This document shows, in pieces, positions 13,301 through 26,676 of a stretch of 64,000 nt of DNA. The stretch comes from Yuukianura sp. NJ FZ-2021 (taxonomy: Eukaryota): the NCBI GenBank assembly GCA_046563655.1, contig CM102285.1:1054001-1118000 (forward strand), in the 5' to 3' direction. Positions within the stretch are counted from its first letter, which is position 1, and each line of letters begins with the position of its first letter. The position numbers and the translations under genes are program-made. The notes under the pieces were generated by a model. That model did no database searches and was not told the DNA's origin. It saw nothing but the letters and a program-made list of their open reading frames with translations.

Positions 13301-14068
13301 GGTTGTGTATCGAGCAGCACTGGCAACAGGAGAAATTGAAGTGTTCGAAACCCTACTAAATGTAAGTTCTTACGTTTACTGAAAATATAGATATGTAGGA
13401 ATAGAAATATAGAATATAGTGATATAGTGATATAGTGATATAGAAATATAGAAAATATAAATATAGATAGGACTGACAATTCGATAACCTCGATAACTTG
13501 ACTATGTTGTTTGTGTTGCCATAGATGTATCGTGAAACGGACTTTCTGGAAGAGAGAGTCCGGATTTTGCGAGCTCTGGGCTCATCCAAAGCACCCGAAC
13601 TGATAGATCGTGTTCTCGGTTTCTGTTTGAGTGAAGAAGTGAAGGCGGATGATTTGGTTCCAATTTTACTCAACATGGCTACTACAAACAGAGAGGGAAG
13701 GGAGAGGGCCTGGGACTTTTTCAAAACAAACTTTTCAGTTTTTCAACAAAAGTTTCCAGTAAGTTCGTTTTTCAATACTATGAATATTATGAATTTCCAA
13801 AGATCTTTGATTTCTTTTTCGTTTTTAGGCGGGGCCAATGCTGAGCTGTTTTTTGAAACACCTCTTACAAGGATTTTGTTCAGAAGAAATGGCTGTGGAG
13901 ATTGAAACTTTTTTTCAAGGGAATCCACTGCGTGGAACACAAAGAAGTTTAGAACAAATTTTAGAAACTATTCGAGGAAATGCCGAGTGGCGAAGGAGAG
14001 ACACGATTTCAATCCAGAACTTCCTCAATGCTCCACCAGCAGAAGTTGTAACGATTGATGATGACTGA
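10307..14068 (+). CDS. Puromycin-sensitive aminopeptidase-like M1 family protein with degenerate active site (pseudo-peptidase), multi-exon
   Basis: THFEPTFARHTFPCLDEPDFKATF, MSSYLLAF, GAMENWG, QWFGNLVTMNWW, ERAP1-like C-terminal exons; HEXXH reads NKIAQ. Confidence 0.9.
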
Positions 14069-14631
14069 ATCATGTATGTTCAAATTAATAACTCAGTTAA
14101 GGTTAGCTTTAACTCCCTTCAGTTTCTTAGCCTAATTAGCATAAATCACTTACTTAATTACTTTTGTTAAGTATTTTGTATTTTAGCTTTTTAGTTTTGG
14201 TTGAGATGATTTCTGAAGTCGGAATTTAAAAACATGACAGTTGAAATATATTTTGGAGTTTTTTCAAATTTCCCTCCACGCGCTGCTTTCTTTTCCTGCG
14301 TCACGCTTGACATTGTCGACGTAACTAGAGTTTAGGCAAGTAGTTGTGTTAGGTCAGAAGGAAAATGTTGTGCGCATGAGCAGTTGACCGAGTTTTTAGG
14401 TAAGAACGAGGAAAGTGACGCGTAGAAGTTATTTTGAGGTTGCTTAGCGCATCTGGGAATGATGACGGAAGTTGTGGTTGGTGGGTGAAGGTTTCCGGCT
14501 TGGAATTGATGTAAGTTTCATTGAAATTATTTCAGTTGTAACTTGGTTAGATTCAGGTGAAAGTTAAGTTTTACTTGAATCTGATTAAGTTAATTTAACA
14601 TTAACCAGAGTTACAACTACTGGAATTGCAA

Positions 14632-17600
14632 ATGGATGTGTTACTTGTGTGTAATTTTCTGCGTTCGGCTGAGACTTGGAGATACTGCCAAGGAAAAAGG
14701 CCGTTTCCGGTGATCCTGTCGTTTCGTAGAGAAACTTTTGAAGTCGTTGCGACAAGCGTGCGACCCACCAAGGCAACTCCAAATGAAATTGGTAAAGACA
14801 TAAACATAATGTTGATAAGCATAACTTACATTAACATAGTGTTGATAAGCATAACTTACATAAACATAATGTTAAGCATAATATGTAATGATGTTTCTGT
14901 TTCCAGTGCCTGTGAACGAGGTGAAGGAGATTCGAGCTGGAAAGAAGTGCAAGGACTTTGAAGGGCCGGACGGCAAGCGAGCTGATGCTGCAAAATGCTT
15001 CACAATTTTCTACGGATCAGAGTTCAAACTCAAAATGCTTTCAATTGAAAGTAAGACACTTAACACACCTTTTCAAAAAAAAATTCAAAAAAAGTTTTTG
15101 TTTTTTTTTGTGGAAAAAGTTGACATGTTTTGACTAACTTTTGTTTTGTAGCTAGCAGTAAGGAGGATTACGAAAATTGGTTCAACGGAATTTCGTTCAC
15201 TCTTCCGCATCCGCTTTCCTATGTCCAGAAAATTGATATTTGGGCTCACAGAACATTCGAAGCCATTGCGAACGGAGATCAGTAAGTGATTTTGACAAAG
15301 TCAAAATTTCTACTTTTTTTCGAATTTTGATTTTCACAATAAAAAATTTCAATTTTGTAGATTTACTCCAAAGCTATGCGTTCCTCTTACGATGCGGATC
15401 AATCGAAAAGTGACGAGTACGTCGCTCCAGGAAATTTTGCAGAGTTTAGGCGAAGGTTTTACCGGTGGGTTGGACGCAACTCGGTTCCTGGATCTTCTTC
15501 GTCACTTGCTCTACGATCCCAATCCCAAGATGCAGGCATGAAATTTCAAAATTTCAGAAAGTCCATTTCAAAAAAAAAGTTAAAAAAAATGTGATACTTT
15601 TTTGGTTTTTTAGATTTTCACAGACTGTTTCGGAGTATACGCGAGTGTGCAGAGTACGAAGCTGACTAGAGCAGGATTCAGTGAATTCTTGGTTCGTGAG
15701 CAGCATGAGAGTGGTGCCGTTGGAGCTGCATTGATGAATGAGTACTTCCGAGTTGGTCCAGCTCCAGGGGAAGTTTCCATGACGATAGAACGGGCAGTGG
15801 ACTACTTGTTTTCAGTTGAGAACCAAGTGTGGGACAGTGCCTATGACAAGGTCAACCAGGACATGACATTGCCATTGTCACACTACTGGATCGCATCTTC
15901 ACACAACACTTATCTGACTGGAGACCAGATTTCGTCAATGTCTTCCGTCGAAGCGTACGCGAGATGGTGAGACTAACTGAACACAAAATAATTTTGAAAT
16001 TTAAAAAAAAACTGACTTAAAAAATTGCAGTTTAAGACAAGGATGTCGATGTATCGAATTGGACGTTTTTGTAAGTTTTTGTAATTAAAGTTCAAAATTT
16101 TGTGTAAACTTGAACATTTTAAGTGAAATTTTTGTTTGCTGACGTTCAGGATGGCTCGGATGGACTTCCGATGATTTACCACCAATTTACCATTGTGACT
16201 AAAATTCCATTCATGGACGTTCTCTACTGCATTAGAGAAAACGCATTTGTCACTTCAGAGTAAGATTTGACTTGAACTAATTAATTACCGTATTTACTCG
16301 CTTATAACACGCGTGTTACCGGATTTCTTCGCGTATAAGACGCGTATTATCTGACAAATTTTGAAACAAATTTGGAACAAAAAATATTGTTTTGTCTCTA
16401 AAAACTGACAATTTTTGTGAAAGTTTGGTGACATTGGTTAAAAAACAACCCAGCAATAATTCACCTTTGACCTTTGACCTTGCTTTTCTGAACTAGATAC
16501 CCTGTGATCCTGAGCATCGAGAACCACTGTAGTGTCAAACAGCAAAAAGTGATGAGCAAGAAGTTTCAGGTTTTAAAACAAAATTTTAAAAAATGTTGAT
16601 TTTTTTTTTGTTTTTCTTCTCAAAATTCGAAAATTCCCACTTTTTGTTTTTATCTTCCCAAAATTTCAATTTTTCAGGAAGTTTTTGGTGAAATGTTGGT
16701 CACACGACGACTGAGTGAAAACGAAACACGACTCCCTTCACCTGAGCAGCTCAAGAGACGAATTATTTTGAAGGGGAAAGTTCCCCTGGAGGGGGTCAAG
16801 GTCGATGAACTTCCAGAAGACTACTCCCTTCAAAACGTACAGAAAACAGGAAAAATGTTTATTCAAAACAAGGAGGGGGAATGGAAACCGTACTTTTTTG
16901 CTCTCAAAGATCGAAAACTCAGTTACATCGAAATGGAACGAGAACAAAAGGAGGAGAATGTAATCCGAACGATTTTTTTTTCTAAAATCTAAATTTTTTA
17001 ACTTATCAAAAAATTTTCAGCTTGACCTTTGACCTTGACCTTCTGTTTTTTCATAGGCGGGAGGCGATGAACCACATTTGAGGAAAAAATGGTTTCACGG
17101 TGACGTTCCTGGAGGAGCAGCGGAGGGAACACGGCGTCTCATGGAAGTGGACCATGAAGGTTGCTTTCTCGTCCGCACCAGCAACGCCTTTCCTGGAGAG
17201 TATACCATTGATTTCCTGTAAATCACAACAAAACAACAACTTTTTTTCAAAACGATTTAGATTTTTTTTTTTTGCAAATATCTGAAAAACTTTGAAATTT
17301 TGAATTTCGTTTAGGTCGAAGCAAGAAGCTCACCATATCCGGATCGGATCGACGTATGACGACACTGGACGACGTTTGTTTTATTTAGATCCGACGACTA
17401 CTTTCGACAGTCTCTATGCTCTCATCACTTACTATAGGAAGCATCCTTACGAAACCGCGGTAAATTCAATTTTTTCAAACGTTTTCAAAAAGAAAACAGT
17501 TTCAAAAAGTCTGAAAAATTTTCGAAAAACTGCTGGAACATAATTTTTTTTCTTCAGAATTTCAGAATCGAGCGGTTCACAAAAGGAGTGCGAGCACCGA

Positions 17601-20600
17601 AGACGAAGGTGCATGAAAACGAAGTTTGGTTTTACAAAGACTTGGATCGTGCTGGAGCTGAAGCGATTCTGGAGAACATTCCAATCACTGGAGCGTATTT
17701 GGTGCGTTACACAACAGGTGGAACGCGATTTGTTATCTCTTTTCGCTATGAACAGACAATCAAGCACTGCGCAGTGCAAGAAGATGGTCGCCTATTGGTC
17801 GTTTCGTCCAAGTCGTTTGAAAGTATTACTGATTTGGTCAACTACTACAGAGTTAACACGTTCTACAAAGGAATCCACTTGGTCCAACCTGTCACGGATG
17901 AACTGTGCAGAAAAAGTCAGTCACTGCAGGTAAATATTTAAAAATTCTAAAATTAAGTTTTCCGGATTTTAACGTTTTACAAAGAGTCTTGCAATTTTTG
18001 TCTCATTTTGAAGTTTACTTCGTTTTTTAAAAAGTTTTCTTGATTTTTTTGTTTTAGAAACCTGGCGTACCGGTTTACACTCATGTTGGATACTACGAAA
18101 CGTCAAGTACGGTATGTGCCTGTCTACAGGGTGTGGCATGTAAAAGTAGACGCCTGAAGTTCGTTGCTATGGTCAACTTGACCCAGAACTGTTTACCATG
18201 TGGGGGGAAATCATACTCCCTAAACTGTGTCTTCCTCATTTCTGAAAATTTAAAAAATTCCACAATATTGATTTTTAAAAACTCCATCACACTTTCTAAC
18301 TTTCCACAGAAGGACTTTTGGAAAAAGTCAGGATTAGGCTAGCAAATTCACTGAAGTGCGTTTTCCTTTTTTATGGAAATTTAAAAAATTCCAATATATT
18401 GATTTTTAAAAACAGCATCACACCTTCTAACTTTCTACAGAAGGACTTTTGAAAAAAGTCAGGATTAGGCTAACAAATTCACTACAGTGCATTTTCCTTT
18501 TTTATGGAAATTTAAAAAATTCCAAAATATTGATTTTTCAAAACATCATCACACCTTCTAACTTTCTACAGTAGGACTTTTGGAAAAAGTCAGGATTAGG
18601 CTAAAATATTCCCCAAAGTGTTTATTTGCTATAGTTTTCCCCCATAATTCCTTAAATAAACAAATAAATTATTTTTCTAGCGTCTACTTTTACATACCAC
18701 ACCTTGTATATTTAAACAAAAATTCAATTACTTTTCAATTAGTCCAATTTCTAACTGTATTTCAACAGAACACGGTGACCGTGCGAGCTTTACATCCGTA
18801 CACGGCTGTGAAACCAATGCACGAACTGACGTTCAAAAAAGATGACTTGATTCTCAACGTACAAAAATATTCCGGTGGATGGTGGAAAGGCGACATCGGA
18901 GAGGAGCGCCAAAAGTGGTTTCCACGTGACTTTGTAGAGGAGCTGGAAGTACTGGAGTCACCATTTGGAGCTCTACAATCAGGTTAATTAAGTTTGAAGA
19001 CATGAAACTAGGGGGTAAATCCGGCACCGCTTTTTAGAAATCCGGATTTTGGATTTTGATTCAAAAATCCGGATTTAAATCCCAATTTCCCAAGAGAATT
19101 TTTTTAGTTTTTCAAAATTATGTAGAATGCTTGTTTTAAACCCCAATTACCATAAAACTCCGTCAAATCCGGAATCGATTTTTTTAAATCTGGATTTGGA
19201 AGAATCCGAATCCGTCAAAAATCCGGAAAAAAAAATCTGGATTTATTCCCTTACATGAAAACTAACTAACCTAATTTTAGGCTCAGTTGACCTTGGTCCG
19301 GTGGAGGTCGTGAAGAACGTGAAGGAGGGTCAAGCGGAGTGTCCCTACATCATCAACATTGGTCGTCCACTGCCATACAGAGTCGCTGTAGCATCAAAGA
19401 CTGAAGCAGAAGAGTGGGAAGCTGCAATTAACCAAACATTGGGTCTCACAGGCATGGAAAATGGGCGGGTAATTTCAAGTTTTTGAATTTTTGAAAGAGC
19501 TGGGAATTTTGATTTCTTGAATTTTATTTGTTCCCCTGCAGAAATCAAAAATTTTGTCTAGATATTTTTTTTTGGCAAAGGAGTCTCGGAGACCGACGAC
19601 TAGGAAGGAGAAGATGAAGATTGCCAAGGAGTTTGCGCAGTTGATTGTTTATGCACAGAGCTTGCCCAGGACAACGGCAGATCCGCATGACACGCCGCGT
19701 CTGCACTACGCTTTGTCCAGTTATGACGAAACTAAGGCTGACCGAATCATGGCGACAGATCCGTCCTTTTATGTCTCTCTCCACCAAGTAAGTTTTTGAC
19801 TTTTAACTCCCTGACCTTTGACCTTTTCACTTTTGTTGAGTTTTTACGTTTCTTGACATTTCGCGTTTTGGTTTTCTTGAACTTTGACCTTTCGAATTTT
19901 GGAGAACTTTGTCTTTGTGACTTGTGACTGACTATTTTTTAAGTTTTGCGTTTCTTATAATTCGACCTTTTGACGTTCTTTGAACCTAGACTTGCAGTTT
20001 GACTTTTTTCTTAGTTTGCTAGATCATAAACTTTTTTTGAAATTTGAAATTTCAACCTTTGTGGTGATTTGACATTTTGAGTTTTTTTTTTTTTTTTTTT
20101 TTTGTAATTTGGCCATTTGACTTTTCTTAAACTTTGCATTGCTGTCTTTTCATGATATTGACTTTTTTTTTTACTTTTCTTGAACTTTCATCTAATATTT
20201 TTTAGGTGCAATTGAGCCGCATTTATCCTGACGGAAAGCGGTGGAATTCCTCAAATTTCAATCCAGTTCCATTTTGGAATTATGGATGTCAAATGGTTGC
20301 TCTCAATTATCAAACGCCAGGTTAGTGGAAGTTTACCAAAAAACAAAAGAGGAAAGTAAATTACTTAATTGCAATGTTAGTGTTAATTACAATTAATAAT
20401 TAATTAGTAATTAATAATTTAGATAGATCACTTCAACTGAATGCTGCAAGGTTTCGACGAAACGGCTCATGCGGATACGTTCTCAAACCCAAATTTATGA
20501 CTGAAGGAACGTTCAACCCTAACGAAAGAAGTTCACTCGAATCAGCCAACATCCTGCCCATTACACTCAAACTCACCGTAAAAACTCACAAATATTGGAC

Positions 20601-21180
20601 AAAGTAATTCATGAACTACAAGTAATTACTTAATTGCAAAGTTCGTTGTTTTTTCGGTTTTAGGTAATTGCGGGTCGTCACTTCTACAAATGCGAAGGTC
20701 AAAGGAATTTTAAGGGCATTTTGAGCCCTTTGGTGGAAGTGGAAGTGGTGGGGGCTCCTTTCGATAACAGAAAACAAGAAACCGTGGCAAATTGTAAGAG
20801 ATTTTTCAAAAAAGTTCTGATATTTTGACAACTCTGATTTTTTTAGCTGAAAATGGTTTTACTCCTTACTGGAACAAAAAGTTTGAATTTGTGATTTGGA
20901 ATCCGGAGTTAGCTCTTATCCGGTTTGTGGTCAACCATGAAGACACTTTCGGAGATTCCGTTTTTGTATCTCAAGCTAGTTATCCTGTAAGTATTTATAC
21001 TGGATACTTGGCAAGTATTTTAGAAGTACTGCACAAGTATTGACGAAATCGGTGTCCAAATTTTGTCAGGTTCGATGCCTTCGTCCAGGATACCGCAGTG
21101 TACCACTTCGTAATGGATTTGGTGAGAAGCTGCTGTCAACTCTCCTCATCCATTTGGCCATCGATGTAGGCGGACTATGA
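14632..21180 (+). CDS. PLCG: Phospholipase C-gamma (PH, X, split PH, SH2-SH2-SH3, Y, C2), multi-exon
   Basis: [35 protein letters not shown], two SH2 exons ([20 protein letters not shown]), SH3 (ALHPY..ELTF..GGWWKG..WFP), [18 protein letters not shown]2 ending [10 protein letters not shown]...; stop 21178-21180. Confidence 0.92.
18127..18706. mobile_element. Tc1/mariner-type MITE in PLC-gamma intron, with internal ~130-bp tandem repeats
   Basis: 27-bp TIRs CAGGGTGTGGCATGTAAAAGTAGACGC / CAAGGTGTGGTATGTAAAAGTAGACGC, flanked by TA on both sides. Confidence 0.85.
19009..19253. mobile_element. hAT-like MITE in PLC-gamma intron
   Basis: Degenerate TIRs TAGGGGGTAAATCCGG / TAAGGAATAAATCCAG, 8-bp TSD CATGAAAC/CATGAAAA, many internal AATCCGG motifs. 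Confidence 0.65.
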
Positions 21181-21623
21181 TGACCAATTAACTTCTCCAG
21201 TTTGTTTCTAATTACAGTTACTCTAATTACGAACTACTTATTCAGTCTAATTACTTTGTCTTTACGGAATTTTTTTTTGCAATCGTCAATTTTATGCCAT
21301 GTTTTATGACCTGCATGGGGTCACCCCATGCAGATCATACGTCAAGTAACCTTTTGAATAAGCAAACTGTTTTAAAATAAACTAAAATGTAGTCATTTAA
21401 ATTTCGAAAAAGTATAAATAGCACTTTAAAAGAAGTGAGATACTAAAATTTGTCAATGTTTGTCAAAAGTGAATGATCAAAGTTGTTAGTTTCAAAAATC
21501 CTGCCGAATATGTCCATAAATGAAGAAGTTTTGGAAATGCTGGAAAATAAGTCAGCTTTAGGATTAGTAAAACTAGCTTCTAACACTATGTTTAAGTACA
21601 CAACTATTTTTAACTCTATTTAA

Positions 21624-24159
21624 CTACACTACTTTTTCATCATCGTCAGCCACCGTAATCCACCAGTCGACTTTGCAGTACTGTTGAAGCTGTTCAACGT
21701 TTTGAATTTCACGTTTCTAAATTCAAATTTACATGTAGAGGGTAAAGCTCAATTTAAACAATTTAGGTTAAACGTTGAAAAAATCTTATATAAAAGATTT
21801 GATATAATCAGCTCACCTTTACCTCGTTCCGAAATTCTTCAGCATTGAGCTGTGTATCTAAATTGAGCAAAATACATGTAACAATGTATGTAACTATGTT
21901 TATATTATACATTTATAATGCAAATATAATACATTATATACTAAGGAATATGTACACTCGCTTACTCATGGCTTGATCATCCGTGAAAGGATATGTTCGT
22001 ATCAAGTGCCAAAAACGAGCGCCCTTCAAACTCGTCAAAAAAGAGGATTTTGCACTGGAAACCAATGTAGAAAAAACTTCTTCACTTCCATTCATACCCC
22101 TGTACTCCAGCCGCTCCAACTCTGCAGAGAGATATATGTTATACCTGATGTATGCATATCTAATACTGCTATATTATATAACAATATTTTAATAAATAAT
22201 ATTATAATTGTTAGTTAGAATGGAAACCAACTTACTGTTGAATGAGACGACGTGCGGCTTAGCTCCACACTCAAGCTCAAAGTCGTGTTCTTCCTTATTG
22301 TAAAACCTACGTCCATAAGACATTACGAGACACCGGACATGCTCGAAGTGGTTGAACAAACCAATCAGATTGCGCGTAACTTCGCTGTCTAACTCAAGTT
22401 TAGTGACATTTGGGAAGAGTTTGTAGTAGGGCAGAGGTGTGTATGTCCGTTCAGGGTTTGTGTGTACTCTCAGGAAGAAGTGTACAACATTTGGGTAGAC
22501 ACAGGACAGTTCAACTGGAAAATCCTGCGCAGTTACTGTACTAGCATGTACATAGACACGTTTGAGTTGCGGGAGTTTCGTTGGACTAAAAACCTTTAAC
22601 GGATTTTCCAACCACGTCACTGAGAGAGTCCCCAGTGCGCGAACACGCGGAAAAACGCCCAACAATGCATCGTGGGGTGGTGCTAATGCGTCGATGGCTA
22701 CCATATTTTTGCTCTGATCCTTCAATATGCGCTGATATGGCTCGTCATCTACAACAGCATAGCGTAATATTAACATGACAAAATGACATGACTACATCAG
22801 ACAGCATGGCAACATTGCATGACGGGATCTCTGTACCGAGTCTCGAGAAGTCCCAAGCGCCGAACTCAAGTTGGAGTCTCCGTGCGTTTGCGTCGAACCA
22901 CCTTTTCGAATATTCTTGAATTTTGCTCCTCTCTGGATCGTAGTCAAGGTCTTGGAGATTCGCTCCAAAGTCACGCAGCATGGCGTCGCGTATATGCCAA
23001 CGCTCTATTGTAATAAATTCTAATACAGGAGCATTCTTCACAAGGGCCTTAACCCATTCGAAAATGCTGAAAATATAAAATAAATAAGTAGTAAGAAATA
23101 AATTATGCCAGAGAACAGAGGTTTTGGAGTAAAGAATTCCAATAGGTTCGTATTTATAAAAAAAAACATATTTAAAAAATATTTTCTTTTTCCAAATATA
23201 TTTATAAAAAATTAATATTGAAAATATTGAAAAGAAATATTTCTGACATATCCAGCTTATTGGACATTTCATATTCCTCTTACCTACCGCTAGGCAATAG
23301 CAATCGGATCAGTAGTTGCTGAGATAATAATTTCGAACCGACAGACAGACGGACAGACAAACCACTTTTATCATAATAGCTTCGCTATTGTAATACTCGA
23401 ATATTGACGCTTTAAGTCCAAATTTAACATCATTAAACTTTGAGCTTACCCGCCGCATTTCACTTCAAGGATGGACAGCCTCGGAAGCAACGGAACTGAA
23501 ATTAATTCCGGCGGAAGTTCTCCGCTCCACCTGAACGAGGAAAATACATTAATTTGGAGTACTTCCAGCGAGTGGCCCACTTTGTGTAGAAGAGTTCTGA
23601 TTCGTTCCAGTCCTTTCTCCTTTCCAATATAGGGTTGTAGCGGATCGTCGTTCCACTCCAGCAAGTCGTCACTATTGGAATCGCTTATGCACAATTCCAC
23701 GATGCAGTTTTCGTATAGCGTTGCAAAGGCATTGACCTGGGCATCAGTTCCAGCATTGACATTCCACAGAAATCGCTGGAATGGAATTGGAACTTCAGCT
23801 CTACCGAATGTGGACAGGAACAGTTCCATTTGCTCGTCTGTTTCAAGAGGAACGTAGTGGAGGGACTTTATGAAATTTGAATTTGAAAATTCCATTTTCC
23901 ACAGAAACATTTGGTTCCAATGGCAGCAAACCAGTCGAGTGGAACACAAGTCTTGAACGTTGAGGTATTCAAAAATATGCTCCAAAACCTGCATTATGAA
24001 AATTTTAAGTACCGCCAAACGTTAGAAGTTTATAATGATACAAGTTCATGTTGAAAATATTTTATATCTTTATTATATAATCTTATTACTTTTTATTGTA
24101 TTGGATATTTACTCGAAACTAAGATAAGATTAAATTACCAATTGTGGAAGACGGTTCAT
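21624..24159 (-). CDS. F-box protein with LRR-like C-terminus, multi-exon
   Basis: Spliced N-terminus MNRLPQL|VLEHIFEYLNVQDLCSTRLVCCHWN is an F-box; downstream LxxLxL repeats (LPRLSILEV, LPQLKRVYV, FPNVTKLEL); last exon ends ...DDDEKVV*. Confidence 0.8.
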
Positions 24160-24183
24160 GTCAGTACCAAGGTGGGTAAACAA

Positions 24184-24787
24184 CAGGCCATTTTCGATTA
24201 CACAAAAAAAGTAATCGATTACAGATTACTTGATTACATTTGAAATTCTGTAATCGATTACTGTCTTCGAATACGATTACTTAAGGCTGTAATCGTATTC
24301 GAAAATTAGTAATCTGTAATCTGTAATCGTAATCTTACTGCTAATTCGATTACATTTTTCGATTACAAACAAACTCAAAAGTTGAAGAAATTTTCCTTAT
24401 TTCCTAAGGCAAAAGTTGAATTTTGTTAATATCAGTACTCTTACACTATTTTATTGAGCTTCTGGATCTGGCATTGTCGGAAGAAACTAATGCTTGTTGT
24501 CTGTCTGGCTCTCGTATTTACATGGAATGTAGCAAGAAATGGACATGTGGGGTTTTTCATGGAACAATATCCAGGGTTGGGCTTATTTTGGAAAAAATGG
24601 TAGTAATCGAAATATTTTGATGAAGAGTTCGATTACGATTACCATTACTCAGTCGAAAATTTTGTAATCGATTACACTGTCGATTACGATTACAGTACCC
24701 GTTTCGATTACAGATTACAGATTAGTAATCTGTAATCGTATTCTGTGTAATCGTGTAATCGAACCCCCTGTAATCGAACATGGCCTG
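24184..24787. mobile_element. hAT-type MITE, 604 bp
   Basis: 19-bp TIRs CAGGCCAT(T/G)TTCGATTACA, perfect 8-bp TSD GTAAACAA (24176-24183 and 24788-24795), dense subterminal GATTAC/GTAATC motifs. Confidence 0.92.
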
Positions 24788-24837
24788 GTAAACAATAATT
24801 AAAGCTACATTAAAGCTTGTAGATTAATTGCAAATTG

Positions 24838-24851
24838 GTTGCTATAGCAAC
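24838..24851. promoter_or_regulatory. Perfect palindromic X-box (RFX-type site)
   Basis: GTTGCTATAGCAAC; identical copy at 59961-59974. Confidence 0.45.
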
Positions 24852-25243
24852 CTTGGTCAGTACAGAGTGCAACGGATTTTGAAATCAAGAATTGAAGGTG
24901 TGGTAGCACTGTGTGTGTCTTCGCAGTACAATTTGGAAACTGTTTTTCTGAACATGAAAATGGAATTTTGAAAAGGAGAGCTTAGCGTCCCAAAATTATT
25001 GTTAGTCATTTTTATTTTAAGACCCGCCAGAAGGTAAAACACAAAATGAGAAACGAAATCGTAAACTGTGAGGGAAAAAGTCAGACAAACCATCCAAGAC
25101 AGTTTCAAAATCATAGGCCTTTCGAAATCTCATTTTACAAGAAGAAATGGATGAAACTTTGCGTTCTCAACTTCCTCATGTAAACTTAATGCAAAGTTAT
25201 TTTTGTGTAGAACTAAAGTTTTTCCAACAATTGGCTAGCATAC

Positions 25244-26522
25244 TGATTAGCGATAAAAAAGGAGTTCGATTTGAGATCCTGACGGAGACAGTCGCATAGT
25301 AATGCTACTCTCCTTAATCACAGTTGCTAAATAATTGCATATTAGTTGAGTTGAGATTGTGACAATAGCGAAAATGTCAAAGTTGCTTCGCTCTCCGACC
25401 CTCAACCCATACAACTCCTCTTCAAGCCCAAGATCAAGTCTATCTTCGTCAAACCCGAATGTAGCACAGTCCTCTTCATTAAAACGACCAGCTTGTTCAC
25501 CACTGACCAATGACGACAAGAAAAACAAGGACTTAATCCAACGCTGTGACCCTCTCTCTGGCACTTTAGAAGACCAAATGCGTTTCTTGGTGCAACAATT
25601 CCTAGAATGGCAACCGATGTGGGAAAAATTAAAGGGCATTGACACCATTGACCCCATTGCAGTGGGAAGCCGCTTTACCGCCATCGATGAGGAACTGAAT
25701 CAAGTCAATAGGAAACTGGTTGCTACAAATGTCATCATCGCCGGACTCGAAGAAGAAAATGAGGAATCATTTGAGGGCCTATACCAAACCGTTAGAACAG
25801 TTTTTCAACAATTGAACCTTCCATCGCTGGACTTTAGTCAATGTCGAAGATTAGGGAGGAAGACCACAAGACCCAGACTTGTTCAAGTAAAGTTACTGCG
25901 GGAACGAGACAAGTATACCATTTTGGAACGAAAGTCGCAACAACGTAACGATCCGTTTATGAAGAAAATTTTTATTAACCCGGAAAGAACAAAAATGGAC
26001 CGTCAAAAAGAAGGAATTTTGAGAGCAGCCAGGAAACAGCTAAGAAGCGATCATCCCGGGGCCAGGTTTGAGATCCGCCAAGGAAAGATGACCATGATTA
26101 ATGGAAAGTCAATCAAAACTTTCACCGTGGACCCTGATGGTGCCGTCCTCCAAGCCTAAATTTTCAATTTTGATTTTTTGTTTTTGTTTAAATTTTTCCT
26201 TTATAGATCTAACTTTCCAACAGTGTAACCTTAACTTAAGCTGAAAAAAATTGAACTTTGTACTTGACTTCTGACACTAACATTAGTACCAGAACCCGAT
26301 CATCGCAACACTCATCACATTCTTGAACTCAACAGTCATCACTTACTTAGAAATATGACCCTAATTTAGCCTTACTGAGCAGATTCTATTTCAACCAATT
26401 CTCTTTACATCTGATACTGTCATTCGAACTCCTTGTGACCCCGTTTGAGGCAATTGATTTTGGCTCCATGGGCTTCGAGCCCGCAGGGAGCGGCTTTTAC
26501 AAATAAAAAAAAAAAAAAAAAA
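25244..26522 (+). mobile_element. Non-autonomous ORF1-only LINE-like retroelement (ORF 25374-26159, 261 aa) with 3' stem-loop and poly(A)
   Basis: ORF1p motifs NVIIAGLEE, RRLGRK..RPRLVQVKL, KIFINPERT; no ORF2; hairpin 26463-26491; AATAAA merging into an A18 tail (26505-26522); 5' end estimated from imperfect TSD TAGCATAC/TAGCAATAC. Confidence 0.8.
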
Positions 26523-26676
26523 TAGCAATACGGGTACGGGAACTAAATATTTTTGGCATGTTTAATCATAACCAAACTCGCAATATTTAATTTTTAAACT
26601 AGAAAACTGAAGTGTAATAACATTCCTATGCAGGACACTTTCAGCAAATAAACTTAAATTGTTCTTAATCAAACAG

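Noticed and set aside
22745-22840. Apparent frameshift in the F-box gene
   Set aside because: A GT...AG intron (CTCG|GTACAG...TTGTAG|ATGAC) restores the frame.
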